A stretch of 63,420 bases of DNA, filler included, from Craspedostauros australis (Eukaryota), in NCBI GenBank assembly GCA_030167865.1. It is 12 parts of 12 records of this genome, joined end to end, with 100 filler letters (N's around TTAATTAATTAA, not from the genome) between each part and the next. Parts side by side here need not be neighbours in the genome. Positions count along the whole stretch, not along the records: positions 21,987 to 25,217 come from JALAGF010006690.1; positions 25,318 to 35,364 come from JALAGF010006691.1; positions 35,465 to 46,234 come from JALAGF010006692.1; 9 more parts are not named here. One strand, written 5' to 3'. Shown here in pieces: positions 24,901 to 36,940 of the stretch (positions are counted from its first letter, which is position 1; each line of letters begins with the position of its first letter). A program made the translations under genes and the position numbers. Under the pieces are notes generated by a model that had not been told where the DNA came from, did not search any database, and saw nothing but the letters and a program-made list of their open reading frames with translations.

Positions 24901-25217
24901 ACGTTCCTATGCGGAACAAGGATCATCCAGAGACGGACGATACCGAACTACTAACACCTGACGAGCAACAGCAGTTCCAGCAGCTCATCGGCATGCTGAA
25001 CTGGGTCGTTCAGCTCGGACGTTTCGACGTCGCATTTGCAACTTCTTCACTTTCACGTTTCACTGCATCACCACGCAAGGGACACCTCGTGCGAGCGCTC
25101 AAGATATGGGGCTATCTCAAGCACAAGGCCACTCTCCGCACACAGATCGACTCCAAGCCAATGATATTCGACAACTTCCCATCGACTCCATCCAATCCGA
25201 AATTGGTGGCGCAAATG
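21987..25217 (+). mobile_element. Ty1/copia pol fragment, better-preserved relative of family B (integrase, chromo-like module, RT)
   Basis: Open frame with ISDNS, NQNRAER, KARLVAGGH, GDVGNAFV, KKALYGLRSS and YICTHVDDF. Colinear with about 18480-21075. Part of RT is repeated across an N gap. Confidence 0.95.
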
Positions 25218-26899
25218 NNNNNNNNNNNNNNNNNNNNNNNNNNNNNNNNNNNNNNNNNNNNTTAATTAATTAANNNNNNNNNNNNNNNNNNNNNNNNNNN
25301 NNNNNNNNNNNNNNNNNCCAAAAGAGAGAGCACGGGGCAACGAGCCCGAAATCGCTGGTGGACCAGGGAACGTTGCCAGGAGGTATTCACATGCGCAAAG
25401 CAAAGATCGCACCTGGCTGTCCCCGAAAATCTGCCTCAAAGCAAGCTCTGAAGCAGATTAGATGTGGACGCCAACAAACGTTGAATGGCGTCTTCAAGCG
25501 ACTTGTCCCAACCCAACGATGTACTTTCGCAGATGTGCCGCGCACTCGCTCTCGCGAGCCTTGCGGAATCAGACGATGGGGTCGAACAGCAGTACAAGCT
25601 ATTGAACTAGCGCACAAGGCGGCGTGAACGACTACCGAATTGCAGAGCGATGCCGCGCCATTTCATCGTTGATTGACACGTCGCGCGGCTGCTTTGTGCG
25701 TGGAGATGTCTTGATCCCACTACCCAAAGCAGGCCCTCCGGTGCCATCGCTGCTGATGCTGTCGCTGTCGCAGCCGATGATGTGTTCTGCGCAACCCCAA
25801 CAAGCAGGTTGCATACGCGGGATCGCGTTGTGGTTGTGATCAGCGTCCACTTCGTCAAGGACCAGTTCGTAAGATTAGGCAGGGTGATCGTGGTGATAGC
25901 AGTGATAGTTCTTCAGCGAACAAGTTGTTGGTAGCGGGCGGCAGGGTGACAGATGTGTCTTGCCATTCCTTTCGTGGGCGCGAAACAAGGAAATGAGCTT
26001 CGATTTTATTGGAATGACACCGCACGATCTAACTTCCAATGCCAACTAGTCGTCAACTCCCCATGTTCCTGAATACTTGGATGGCCCTGGAGCACTTGTA
26101 TTCGTGGAGTGCGCGCACGTACTACTTGCATTGAAGCGGATAGTTGACAACAGGAAGCACTCGCCCAACGCACAAGAACAGTGTGCACCTGTGGCGCCTC
26201 CAAAGGCTGATCATCCTTGGTTGATGTTGTATCAGTGTTGCCGGAGCTGTCCATGACACAACGTTCTGGATCGGCTGTCGCCTCCGGTCTGTGGAGATTG
26301 TGCAAGCGAAGAACGAGCGGAGCACATGTGTGGGAGGAGCATTTATACCATCCATCACCACAGCCCCTTCATCTCGTCACTTGTGGCTCGCATGCATGCC
26401 CCTTTGGCTTCTTCTCTATCCCAAAGGTGTGGTTTGTGCCAGGGAGGTGGAGGCTCCGCCATTGTTCCATCGTTCCCTGGCGAATCGTGTAGTTGTGGTT
26501 GGCAGATTGCAACACCCATGGTGACAGAAACACTTGTGGCGATGTCGACATTTTTGTCCCAACACGACCAATGATGGATCCCAATCTGTCCGTGGTGTTT
26601 CTGTGGTGGCCATAATGTCCTTTCGTGACCGCGTGTCCCACAAATCGGACCATTTTTGCGGCAGGCTCGTTCTCTCATTGTACGATTAAATAAATACGCC
26701 ACTTACGCTTCCTCGTTGTACTTATATCAAAATCATTTATTCTCTATCATATTTAGTTCTATCTGAAAATCGATCAGGACAGGCCACTGTGGCGACAGTG
26801 GGTCTTTGGAGTCCCATGCATCATTTCTGTTGCTTCCGTCAGGCTGTCTGCGGTGCGCCGCTGGGAGTTGCCTTCATTCCTTTCGAGGCCGTGAGCAAC

Positions 26900-29224
26900 T
26901 CAGTCAAAGTTATACACAGCACCCTCGAAAAATCCTCCGTGCAACCCAGCATTCGGCAGGAACTCCGGCAAGCGCAGGCGGCAGACTGGACCCCTCTCCA
27001 ACGCACCCTCTCCCTCAACGTCCATGATCGCGATGTCTGTTGTTCCCGTCGACACCTTCGATACCGTGGTCATCACGTAGCACGCATCCTCCTTGTCCGG
27101 ATCTGCGCCCTGCTTGCGGACCATGGTCGGCTCGCCAACGAACTCGTCTGAATCGAACGCCCATGCCTCGTACTTGCCAGGTGTGGTGGCGTCGATCTTC
27201 GTGATGGCGCTCTGGGCACCCCACATTGGCTTGGACAGGAAGGATGGGGTCTTCTTGCGAGACGCCGTGGTGTAGGTGTATCGGTGCGGTCTGGATGAGA
27301 TGTGCTTTGGGACGACGGGGAACTCTGGACACTGATCGCAAAGGATGATGGGATCCTGCTGGAGTTGCTTGGCGTCTAGGTTGACGGTGTACCGAGCCAT
27401 GTCTCCGACTTCGACGTCCGGTGCTTGGAGTGTCTCCCACACTGGCTTGTTGCTGTCGGTGGATGAATGGATGGCGAAATCGAAGTCCTTGTCTTCGCTG
27501 GTCCGGATCATGTCGAAGGTGAGGTGGCGATCGCCGTCATCGCCGTCAGCTTCGTAGGCATTTCCGAAGTGGAAGTTGAAGCAGAACGGGAGCTCGATGC
27601 GGGTGATCCTGTCATCGGCAAGGGCGTCGATGCAGATGTCGCCATCCTTGTCGGCCTTCGCACCTTCGTGGGCGGAGGCGGACATCAACGATCGTGGAAC
27701 GACGAGGAGTGTGGTTTCGCTGTCTTGAGGGATGGTGAGGGAGTCGCTGATAGCACCGAATCCAAGCAGCGCCTTCATGGTGCGGAGAGGATCGAGTGCT
27801 GCCTTCACCCAGGTGAAGACGACGTAGTTCTCGGTCAAGATGAAGTCATGCATCATCGCTCTTCCGGGCAGCGTGATGCATACTCTTGGGTCGCTGTCGT
27901 CAGCGGCGTTGTCGTCTGCTGCCTTTGGTTGGTAGGTGTTGGCATCGTACTCGTAGAGATGAATCTTGTTCTCATCCTTGCCCATGCCGGGCAATGTGGT
28001 GCCGAATGTGACGTACGTATTCTTGATGGGATCGTAGCGGTAGTGACCGGAGATGCTGTCATCCTCGTTCAAGATACCACCCATATCGACCTCATCCTCT
28101 TGCTTCATGTCGAGCGTGACAGGATCGAGAGCGTATGGCTTGCCACCTTCCCACAATGCGTAGAGAGTGTTGGTTCCGGGTGCGAGGACGCAGTTGGTGT
28201 TGGCCACGTTGGCGATGTCCATGTTGCCGATGTTGGCAAGGAAGCCGCCGCTCTTCTGAGTTCCGAAGATGCCGCGCATGCTGACAGTGCCAGTGCGCTG
28301 GTCTTGGTTGAACTTCTGAGTCTTGACGAACTTGTTGCGGAATGTGATGCGAGACTGTTGATGATCAGTCTGTATCTGCTCCTCGTTGGTGTCATCACCG
28401 TTGCTGCTGTTGCTGTTGGGGTTGTTGCTGTTGCTGTTATTGGTTTTGTCGAATGTGACACCCATGATCATGCCATCACCATCGAATGGATGAGCCACAC
28501 GCTGTCCATCAGCGGCGGAAAATCGACCGGCACCATTACGGAACCACGTGCCTGATGGGAAGTCTTCTGGGAGATCGGCGGAGAGAGCGGCTTCGAGTGA
28601 TGCCGTATCCTGATCAGCAGCGGCCTTGTTGGTCGAAAGCCATGGCTTGCTGGATCCAGGCAGAGTGATCTTCGATGGATCGAAGAGGTTGGGGACGAGG
28701 TACTCATCCATCCATGATTTGGTGGAGTACCTCAACGCTCCCAGTGATTCCAGGGTTGGAGGTTGGAAGGTTCGTGGGAACAGCTGCTTGGCCATGGCTT
28801 GGACCATGGATGTCATCATGTTCCCGATGATGGCATGGATGTCGAATTCGCTTGACTTGTTGGATCGTGAGTTTAGGTCTGAATTGTCCGTGCCACCACT
28901 GTTGGGGGAAGCGACGAATTGGAGCGTGGTTGGTGTCGCAGTTTCTTGGCCGTTGACGAAGGAGTGTCGCCATGCCGCCATGTCGCAACCAACCTCGTTG
29001 ATCTCAGGTCGGTGGTTGAGGATGTTTGGAAGCTGCGATGCGTGGACGGCTGTTGCTGACTGTTGTTGCTCTGTGCCTGTGAATATCGATGGCATGGCCT
29101 CCATTGCTGTGTTCCCGTTGGCCCGAATTGGCATTCTCTGCGGGGTGCTGACTTGGAAAGCTGTACCAGTGGCAGCGAACACATGGAGGAGCGCAAGTGA
29201 TAATAGCGTTTGCGAGGTCATCAT
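26900..29224 (-). CDS. Carotenoid cleavage dioxygenase / RPE65-family protein, probably plastid-targeted
   Basis: GTWFRNG, HPFDGDGM, NVANT, ALWEGG, EFP and GEP motifs, and four Fe-ligand histidines (SGHY, MMHDF, FHFGNAYE, GLHG). Hydrophobic signal peptide followed by TA-FQV. Intact 774-aa frame. Confidence 0.93.
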   Translation of the reverse strand: MMTSQTLLSLALLHVFAATGTAFQVSTPQRMPIRANGNTAMEAMPSIFTGTEQQQSATAVHASQLPNILNHRPEINEVGCDMAAWRHSFVNGQETATPTTLQFVASPNSGGTDNSDLNSRSNKSSEFDIHAIIGNMMTSMVQAMAKQLFPRTFQPPTLESLGALRYSTKSWMDEYLVPNLFDPSKITLPGSSKPWLSTNKAAADQDTASLEAALSADLPEDFPSGTWFRNGAGRFSAADGQRVAHPFDGDGMIMGVTFDKTNNSNSNNPNSNSSNGDDTNEEQIQTDHQQSRITFRNKFVKTQKFNQDQRTGTVSMRGIFGTQKSGGFLANIGNMDIANVANTNCVLAPGTNTLYALWEGGKPYALDPVTLDMKQEDEVDMGGILNEDDSISGHYRYDPIKNTYVTFGTTLPGMGKDENKIHLYEYDANTYQPKAADDNAADDSDPRVCITLPGRAMMHDFILTENYVVFTWVKAALDPLRTMKALLGFGAISDSLTIPQDSETTLLVVPRSLMSASAHEGAKADKDGDICIDALADDRITRIELPFCFNFHFGNAYEADGDDGDRHLTFDMIRTSEDKDFDFAIHSSTDSNKPVWETLQAPDVEVGDMARYTVNLDAKQLQQDPIILCDQCPEFPVVPKHISSRPHRYTYTTASRKKTPSFLSKPMWGAQSAITKIDATTPGKYEAWAFDSDEFVGEPTMVRKQGADPDKEDACYVMTTVSKVSTGTTDIAIMDVEGEGALERGPVCRLRLPEFLPNAGLHGGFFEGAVYNFD

Positions 29225-30000
29225 GATTACCTTGTGATATTATAGGAGGAAAGCTGTTGTTAGCTGTGTGTGTGTGATGCAATCCAGCACTGGTTGTGGC
29301 GATTTGCTTTGGTTGGTGTGGGTGTGGGTGTTTGTCTTGTGTTGGTGATGATTTTATGAGAGGAGGGTGTTGCGAAATGTCGTGAAATGTTGTGAAATGG
29401 TTTGGAATGTTGGTGATGATTGTTCTTGTTGGCTCGTGTTTGAGCCACACGATTTTCGTGTTGAAACTGGTGGCGATACGTTGTCTGTGTTTTTACCTTG
29501 TATGGCCCCATTCAGCGAAGTCGAGTATTATTCTGCGGATTTGAGATACTGAAACGTGATATTTTTAGACATCAGTTTTTCGTGTTGTCCATTAGGGTTA
29601 GATATATTTAGCTAGCTTCTACGACACAAATACATGGCTGGCTTGTCCTCACCGTGGACGAGAATGGTGACATCATTGACGGTCGATGCCAGACTGAAAT
29701 GGTATCCAGCGGCCTCGATGGTGATGTTGTGAAAGGTTCGGTGTCACGTTCATTCCTTGCGTTGTCGATGGTTTGGCTCTGGTGTGCGTTACCTCCTTTG
29801 TGCGTGGAATGTCAAACAGCACGGTGTTGGTGGCGGCGTCCCTACACGTCCACTTCCACGTTCACGGCAATAGCAACACTTGCGAATATGACACAGCATA
29901 ATATTATATCATATAGTANNNNNNNNNNNNNNNNNNNNNNNNNNNNNNNNNNNNNNNNNNNNNNNNNNNNNNNNNNNNNNNNNNNNNNNNNNNNNNCAAA

Positions 30001-33000
30001 ATGAATGCAAACACCGAAACAGCACCGACGTCAATGGGTGTCAACTGTAGAAAAGATACAGAAGTGAGGCCAACAGCAGCAACAATGGCAGGCAAAGCAA
30101 TGGTAAATCATAAGGAGACTGCCAACGGCATACATGGAGGAGGACAGTCACAAACAAGGGCTGTCAAGACCATGCCAAGGAAGGCTGGGAGCAAGAAACG
30201 GGATAAGATGCTGACACTTGTGGAAGGAGAAAACAAGGCAGGAGTCTCCATTGCATGTAAGACAATGACAAGCATGTGGAAATCTCTGCCAGGAGAAATC
30301 CACAAGGTAGCTGTTTCATTCTCCTACCGTGAAGTGATGGCAGAGGAAGGCAGGTCGATCCATATCCTGGCGAAAGGGATGATGAATCAACGATAAAGGT
30401 GGACCGGGAAGGCGACTGCGAAAACAGGACACACCATCCCAGTGCAGGAAGTGCAGGTGTTCATCAGCATGGTCATCAATGGAAGAAATAATTCGGTGTA
30501 GCGCAAGTGCCCAAAACAGACGAATGACGACAGCAGATCCAACAACTTGCTGCTGACTTGAGCATGACAGATCCNAACATGATGCTGAAAGACATGATGA
30601 TTCCCAATTCAGGAGGGCTCCTGAGGAAGACTGAGATCACCATTGCGCGGANAGCGGCTGTGAATGTGTTGGGGTCATGGTACCCAGACATCACGTTCGT
30701 TCCCCAAGGCAAAGATGCAGTAATGGGGGAAACCGAAAGCAGCATGATGAGCACAACCACAGAAGGGAGCGGAAAGAAGGGAAAGATGGGAGATAGCGAC
30801 ATCGTCCAACCAAGAAACCTCAAGCAGAAGAAAATCAAATTCATGACCAGCACACCAACCGCGATAGAGGTGGAGGGACAGCATTTGGCAAAGGCGATGG
30901 AGCACAACACAAGTAGTGAGAGTGAAGAGTCTGACAAAGATGAGGAGTCATGCAAGAGTGAAGGGAGCACAAGAAGTGCGAAAACGGATGAAGACAATGA
31001 TAGCGATGCATCCGTGGAGAGCAAGACCACGCATACGCTGAAGGAAGGCATGGTAGCGAAGAGATTTGACATGACAGTACTGGTCAAATCAGGCGGCAAT
31101 CCAGTGAAGAGGTATCTGAAGCCACTTAAAAATGGCTAGGGGCGCTCAAGGATCACGGCGACATGATCTTCCTCATGGTGTGGAAGGTGCAAGACACCAC
31201 CGAGGTGATCGGCAAAGCCAACCAATTTCCAACAACTGAGAAGGAGCTGATGATGTACGTGAGCAGGATGAAGGCAACATTGAATGGTCGAACAGTGGCG
31301 GCACAAGTGCGTATTGCTATGACATGTGATCCAAAGGACATCATGTCAAAGTCAGGATCGCAGCTGAGTTTCTTCTACCAGTCAACTGGACAGACTCTGT
31401 ACAAGAGACTGCTGGATGAAGCGGAGTACACAAAGCAAATTGGAATGCTCACCTACATGGGGAACTTTTCCAATGGACCTGCTATATGCGCCATCATCAA
31501 CAAGCATCTGAAGGCTGCAGGAGTCAAAGGCGAAGTTGAGGGAAGAGTCAGGGCGGACAGAATGATCAGCCAGGAATGGCAAGATGCTCATAAAGCTATG
31601 GGGAGGATTTTCAAGGTGCAACCTTGGCAAGCTCTCAGGCTTGAAGCTGACAGCCGCTTCCATGTGAGAATCGCCGAAATCCTCTGTGAGATGTTCAATG
31701 ACATCTCCAAGATTGGGCCAGGAGAACTCTGCAACAGATTCATCCCCCATCCAATGGCAATGACGTTGGGCCCAGATGGAGTGGCAGCCATGAAAAAGAT
31801 GCTACAGAAACACAAAGTGGTAATGGGAAGGATGGTGGAAGTGCAAATCAGAGGGGTCGAAGACCTTGATGAGCTGGACACGATGGATTCAAGGAACCAC
31901 TGAGATCGAACCTTGCCAATCAGGTGCATCTGATCACAAAGAGGCCGGTGTTTATCCACGTTGACAAGAAGGAGGTGCCCTGGAATGGGAAGACCGACAT
32001 CGTCTACGCATACATGCTCCCAGAGCATCTGGTGAGGGCAGAGGCGATCGTACACACCCTGGCAGCGAGGTGCACATGGGAAGTGGGAGCCACCAGCGCG
32101 AATTGGTTCACTCTGACTGAGCAAGCCAAGGTGCATCAGGTGCAGTATGACAAGGAGACTGGGAAGTATGTGGTGCTCCAGATCGAATCGAATCGATGTT
32201 GATGGTGGCAGATGAATTTCCGGATGTCGAGATCAAAGGACTCGAAGTGGTGGAAGGATCGTCATTTTGACTGTTGGCGCTTGACGACAAAAATGCAGAC
32301 TCGTTCACAACGCACACCAGTCAAAAAGGGACGGCGCTCGGCAAGCCTATCAAGTTGGTCATGAAGCGATGCATGGTGGAGGCTCCTGCGAGCATCCTAC
32401 CAGGCCGTGGCGACAAGTGCAGGTATGATGCGAATCTTCCAGGCGGTAGGAAGCAAGNGGTCAATGGTGGTTCCACAGTCGTGGTGGGCAAGTGTGACCA
32501 AATAAGCATCTGCAGCACAGCTGGAAGTGCGAACGGTGGAGGATCTGATACAACCGAGGAGGCAGGGTGATCGCCCAATAATGGAAGCCATTGCAGAGCT
32601 GTGCAACAGGGAGGAAATGCGACAAGTGAATCTGTGTCGAAGGTCAATGAAGTTGTTCTGGATGTCTGAGATCGTTATGGCGGACGGAACAGGCATTCTG
32701 AAGGCGGTCCTTGAAGATGATGGAGCGATGGTGGAAGCCAGTGAAGTGAACGTGCCTACAGTNNNNNNNNNNNNNNNNNNNNNNNNNNNNNNNNNNNNNN
32801 NNNNNNNNNNNNNNNNNNNNNNNNNNNNNNNNNNNNNNNNNNNNNNNNNNNNNNNNNNNNNNNNNNCAGTGCGGCCTCCATGAGGTAGAATGAGCAAACT
32901 GGGAGGCTTCAGGTCCATGGCGATGGATGGATGGGATGGATGGAATGGAGAGAGGGAGGTTCCGATGAAGTCAAGAAGGAAGCTGTTTTGGCAAGTGCTG

Positions 33001-34925
33001 GGAGTGGTGGGAAATGGAGAAGGGTCCCCGTGGATGGCTACAAGCAAGGAGATGGCATACTGATGCTGACAGTTGGCGAATGGGATGATACCNNNNNNNN
33101 NNNNNNNNNNNNNNNNNNNNNNNNNNNNNNNNNNNNNNNNNNNNNNNNNNNNNNNNNNNNNNNNNNNNNNNNNNNNNNNNNNNNNNNNNNNNNNNNNNNN
33201 NNNNNNNTACGAGAAGAGACGGCGGTTGGCAGAAGTGACGGGTCTGCCAGAAATGGCAAGGGAATGGCGGCATGGGCGATGGCCACTGATGAGAGTCTGG
33301 AGGTGATGGTGTTTGGAACCTTTGAGGCTTCGTGGAGGGAGGGCCTGACATCGTCCCAGCGAGCGGAGTTGGCGGGAATCTACAGTGCGCCGATGACGGT
33401 TTGGGAAATGGAGGAGAGGTTTGGAATACAAGGCAGACGGGGGCGCTGAAGCTGTGACAACCTGTAAGCCCTGAAGGTGCTGGAGTGGGTACATGAACCG
33501 GATCTGGCGAGTCCTGGTCATGACATGATGGTGGCTGCCATGAGGGGCCGAAGCCAGCTGAGTACAACGTTTGTGGGATGACACGTGCGTGGGCATCAGG
33601 ACGAGCACAAGAAGCCTGACGAACTTGATGTGTGGGAGCATATGAATGTCATTACGGACCGGATCGCAGTACAGCAATGACGAATGCTCGAAGAGGGCGA
33701 TGCGTGAAGCTCTCACCAGAACACAGGGACGTGATCGTGGCACATTGCAAGACAAGGCGTTCGCAGGTCGAGCATCACATATGCCAGTGTCGTTGGAGAT
33801 GTGGTGGAGGCGGACATGGCGAGGGTCAGGTGGGAGCGAGGCATGAAGGTGATTGGTGGTGATGCCAACAAAAGCGTGCAACAACGGGTGGCGGGCAAGC
33901 TCACCAATACACAGAGAGTGCTCACCATGGAGCTCACAATACAGGAGGTGGCTGTGGGAATGCAGATGGTTTGGTAGAAGGCAAGGACGAGTGACAGCTG
34001 CCCCAGGTGTGGCAAGATGGAAACTTATGGCCACCTCTGGGTCTGCTGCTCACTGGAATCGATGGCATTTTGGAAAGTGCAGCGGAAACGGCTGAGGATC
34101 ACGATGTGGAAGATGCCGACTCATCCTGCCATTGCGAAAATACGGTTGAGCAATGTCAAGCAAGTGTTGAGAGGGCTGGGACCTGTTGGACGCATATGCG
34201 CAAACTGGGCTGAGGCAAAGCTGATGGACAATCAACAGGAGGCAGGATGGGATTGGCTGGTCACGGGCGTGATCGTGGGGTCATGGACCGAGTTACAGGA
34301 GCAGTACTACGCGCAAATCGGTCACAGGCTGTCCACAGCAAGGTGGGCGGCATGGATCGTGCACAAGCTCTGGAAGGTGGCATGGGAGCATTGGCACCAA
34401 CGCAATCAGGCGATGCATCGCACTGATGAGGGGCCAGGGGCTCACATGAGGCAGGTGGTGCGAGACTACAGCTCAACTCTGCAAGACGCAGTGCAACTAT
34501 GAGGGGCAAGCATGGCTATGTGGGCCCAACTACAGCTGTCAGGCAAAGGAGCCACAGCTATGGGAATGGTCGAAATATGGTTTGGACAAGTGCACCGAGT
34601 GCTGCAGATACCAGGCAATGAAGTTCCCGTTGAAGTCCGAACTTGGCTCCGCCGATGGCGGTAACTGGCCATCGTGAACGAGGCTGTCCCTGGATTTCCC
34701 TGCATGAGTACACAAATACATACACCTTACAGATATTACCAGAGAGCCACGAATAGTGGAGAGCAGGATAGGTGGAGGCCGTCATGATCCCCTGAGCGTG
34801 CATACATATTGACTTGATAGCCGTTCTGCCTCGTGCCCTACACGAGATAAAAGCGGGTGGCATAAAAAAGTCTACGGCGCAGGCTGGGCACACACAAATA
34901 AGCTTAATCCATGGGTTATATATAT
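30001..34925 (+). mobile_element. Degenerate non-LTR retrotransposon (LINE): ORF1 remnant plus ORF2 C-terminal part with RNase H and CCHC finger
   Basis: RNase H motifs SDGS, SQRAELAGI, CDN and HVRGHQD...MNVITDRIA (about 33230-33670). CPRCGKMETYGHLWVC at about 34000 and LWKVAWEHWHQRN. Upstream broken ORFs at 30001-32520 are ORF1-like by position. Boundaries approximate. Confidence 0.8.
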
Positions 34926-35514
34926 AGTGCAATGAAGCACAGTGACTTATCCTTTGGTATGTAAAATGTATTTTATTGAACACTTAGGTTTGTTTGTAAA
35001 TACAAAGTCCTACTGAACCTGCTTTGCTCCCATGGACATGGGATGCCATGGCCATCTACTGAGCCGTTGGCATGGTGTGAAAAGAGACTGGTGGCGGCAG
35101 TGGTTTTACTTGTTGTTTCTGGTGTTGTGATGTGAGTGCTTGCAGGTTCACTGACACTGAAACAAGAAGTTGAGAGGAGAGCANATGAACAACAGCCAGA
35201 AGCCAACAATGACTGTTCGCGACGACCAGCAGAGAGGAGGTCCAAGCACACAGGCAGGGAATAGACCTGAAGCAAGGACCAGGCTGTACAATTGAGTGGG
35301 TACATGGAGGGAAGGCAATGTGTGCTGAATGGGACATGGACGAAGCTCAACCTGTTGGGCCATGNNNNNNNNNNNNNNNNNNNNNNNNNNNNNNNNNNNN
35401 NNNNNNNNTTAATTAATTAANNNNNNNNNNNNNNNNNNNNNNNNNNNNNNNNNNNNNNNNNNNNACACCCAATCAACATCACTCCACCACGCCCGGGCAG
35501 TTCACCACAGCACA

Positions 35515-36705
35515 ATGCCATCGGCCAAACTGATGCCGCTGGAGTCGTTGTTCCGCCAATGGTTCCTGACGCAATGGAGCGAAGGAGACGGTGACAGCCG
35601 CAGAAGCTACCGCATCGTCTTCCAACGTCCGCTCGCGTCCTTTCCTGTCCGTACCGCATCCGCGCACGCATTCCTGGAGGAGAAGCAGCTGTACCGTCGT
35701 GCTGGGTTGCGCACGCCCGGCGAGAATGCGACGAAGGATATGCTGGGGAGTTCCCTTTGGCTGCACGAGTTGCTGCGGCTCATCCTGAAGGCATCGTCGG
35801 TCAAGGATCATTCTGGGCAGGATGCGAGCGATGATATGGAGAACAAGCATGGAAGGAGCTTGATTTGGATCCCAACGTCTTCCGCATCCACAATCACCAA
35901 CCTGCCAGACGATATCACCAGCCATGATGCATTCGGTACCGTTCCCACAAGTTGCATACCATCAGGATGGGACGACAACGACGACGAAGGTGGCGACAAT
36001 GCTCTTCCATCATTGGATGATTTGGATAGCATCCTGCAGGCCATCGAGCGGCAACTTGCCAACGACACAACAAGGAAGATGTGCATCGTCTTCGAGTCAC
36101 TCTCCCCCATCCTTGTGCGACATGGATTCGCTCGCACGATGCACTTCCTTCAGAAGATCCCGCCTTGCATGATGATACTGCCAGTCCAGCACGATAGCAT
36201 GACGCCCAAGCAGCACGCCTTCCTCGAGGACGTCTGCCAGGCCCTGCTGTGTCTGCGGCAAGGCGACATGACCATGGTGCGTCAGGGCGTCCGCGAATCC
36301 GGCAACATTGTGCGCGCGGCGGTGCCTTTCCGAATCGAATCGCGTACATGGGGATACGAGCTGCTCCAGGCGGGGTCTCAGTCAGATAAGGACGATAACA
36401 AAGGGAACAGCAGCCATGCAGCATCCGCGCCGGCCGTCAGCGCGCGCACATCGGGGCAAGTGGATGGAAATGATAACCGATCGCAGGTCTCCAGTCTTCG
36501 TGGCGCCAATTCCAAGGCGAAGAAGATATCACTGAAACTGGAGGAAGATGCGGAAGATAATATTCATCATGGCAATGCCGGCAGCAAAGAGCAGAGCAAT
36601 CCGTCAGCGCCGGTCGTCGTCAAGCCAAGGATTTTCATGCAAGACGATGATCCGGAATTCGACGATTTCGACGAAGAAGATCCTGATGATGATTTGGATC
36701 TGTAA
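35515..36705 (+). CDS. ELP5: Elongator complex subunit 5-like protein
   Basis: Acidic C-terminus IFMQDDDPEFDDFDEEDPDDDLDL characteristic of ELP5, and a RecA-like IVFESLSPIL strand motif. Intact frame. Confidence 0.7.
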   Translation: MPSAKLMPLESLFRQWFLTQWSEGDGDSRRSYRIVFQRPLASFPVRTASAHAFLEEKQLYRRAGLRTPGENATKDMLGSSLWLHELLRLILKASSVKDHSGQDASDDMENKHGRSLIWIPTSSASTITNLPDDITSHDAFGTVPTSCIPSGWDDNDDEGGDNALPSLDDLDSILQAIERQLANDTTRKMCIVFESLSPILVRHGFARTMHFLQKIPPCMMILPVQHDSMTPKQHAFLEDVCQALLCLRQGDMTMVRQGVRESGNIVRAAVPFRIESRTWGYELLQAGSQSDKDDNKGNSSHAASAPAVSARTSGQVDGNDNRSQVSSLRGANSKAKKISLKLEEDAEDNIHHGNAGSKEQSNPSAPVVVKPRIFMQDDDPEFDDFDEEDPDDDLDL

Positions 36706-36940
36706 ACACATGGGAACGCCACACTCATCGAGTGCAAGTAGAGGGCAATTCTAATACTAATTGAAGAGTAGAATAGAGAAGCCCCATCGTCCAATGGTTT
36801 GCCAGTCGCTCATTGTTTCAGGTCACGCCAAGGGTCGATGCGCCATCAGAATCCAAAAGGCGAGATCCTTGCAACGGCTCCAACGCATAACTAATTCATT
36901 TATCCATACCTTGAGTGCGACGCCAGGATGCCGCAGCTCG

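Noticed and set aside
25318..26700. Possible decayed gene or transposon downstream of the carotenoid oxygenase
   Set aside because: Only short ORFs with no recognisable motif or terminal structure; cannot support a call.
32397..34034. 545-aa minus-strand ORF and other long antisense ORFs (e.g. 27467-28555, 47420-48196)
   Set aside because: These are shadows of real coding frames on the opposite strand or are inflated by N runs, and have no motifs.
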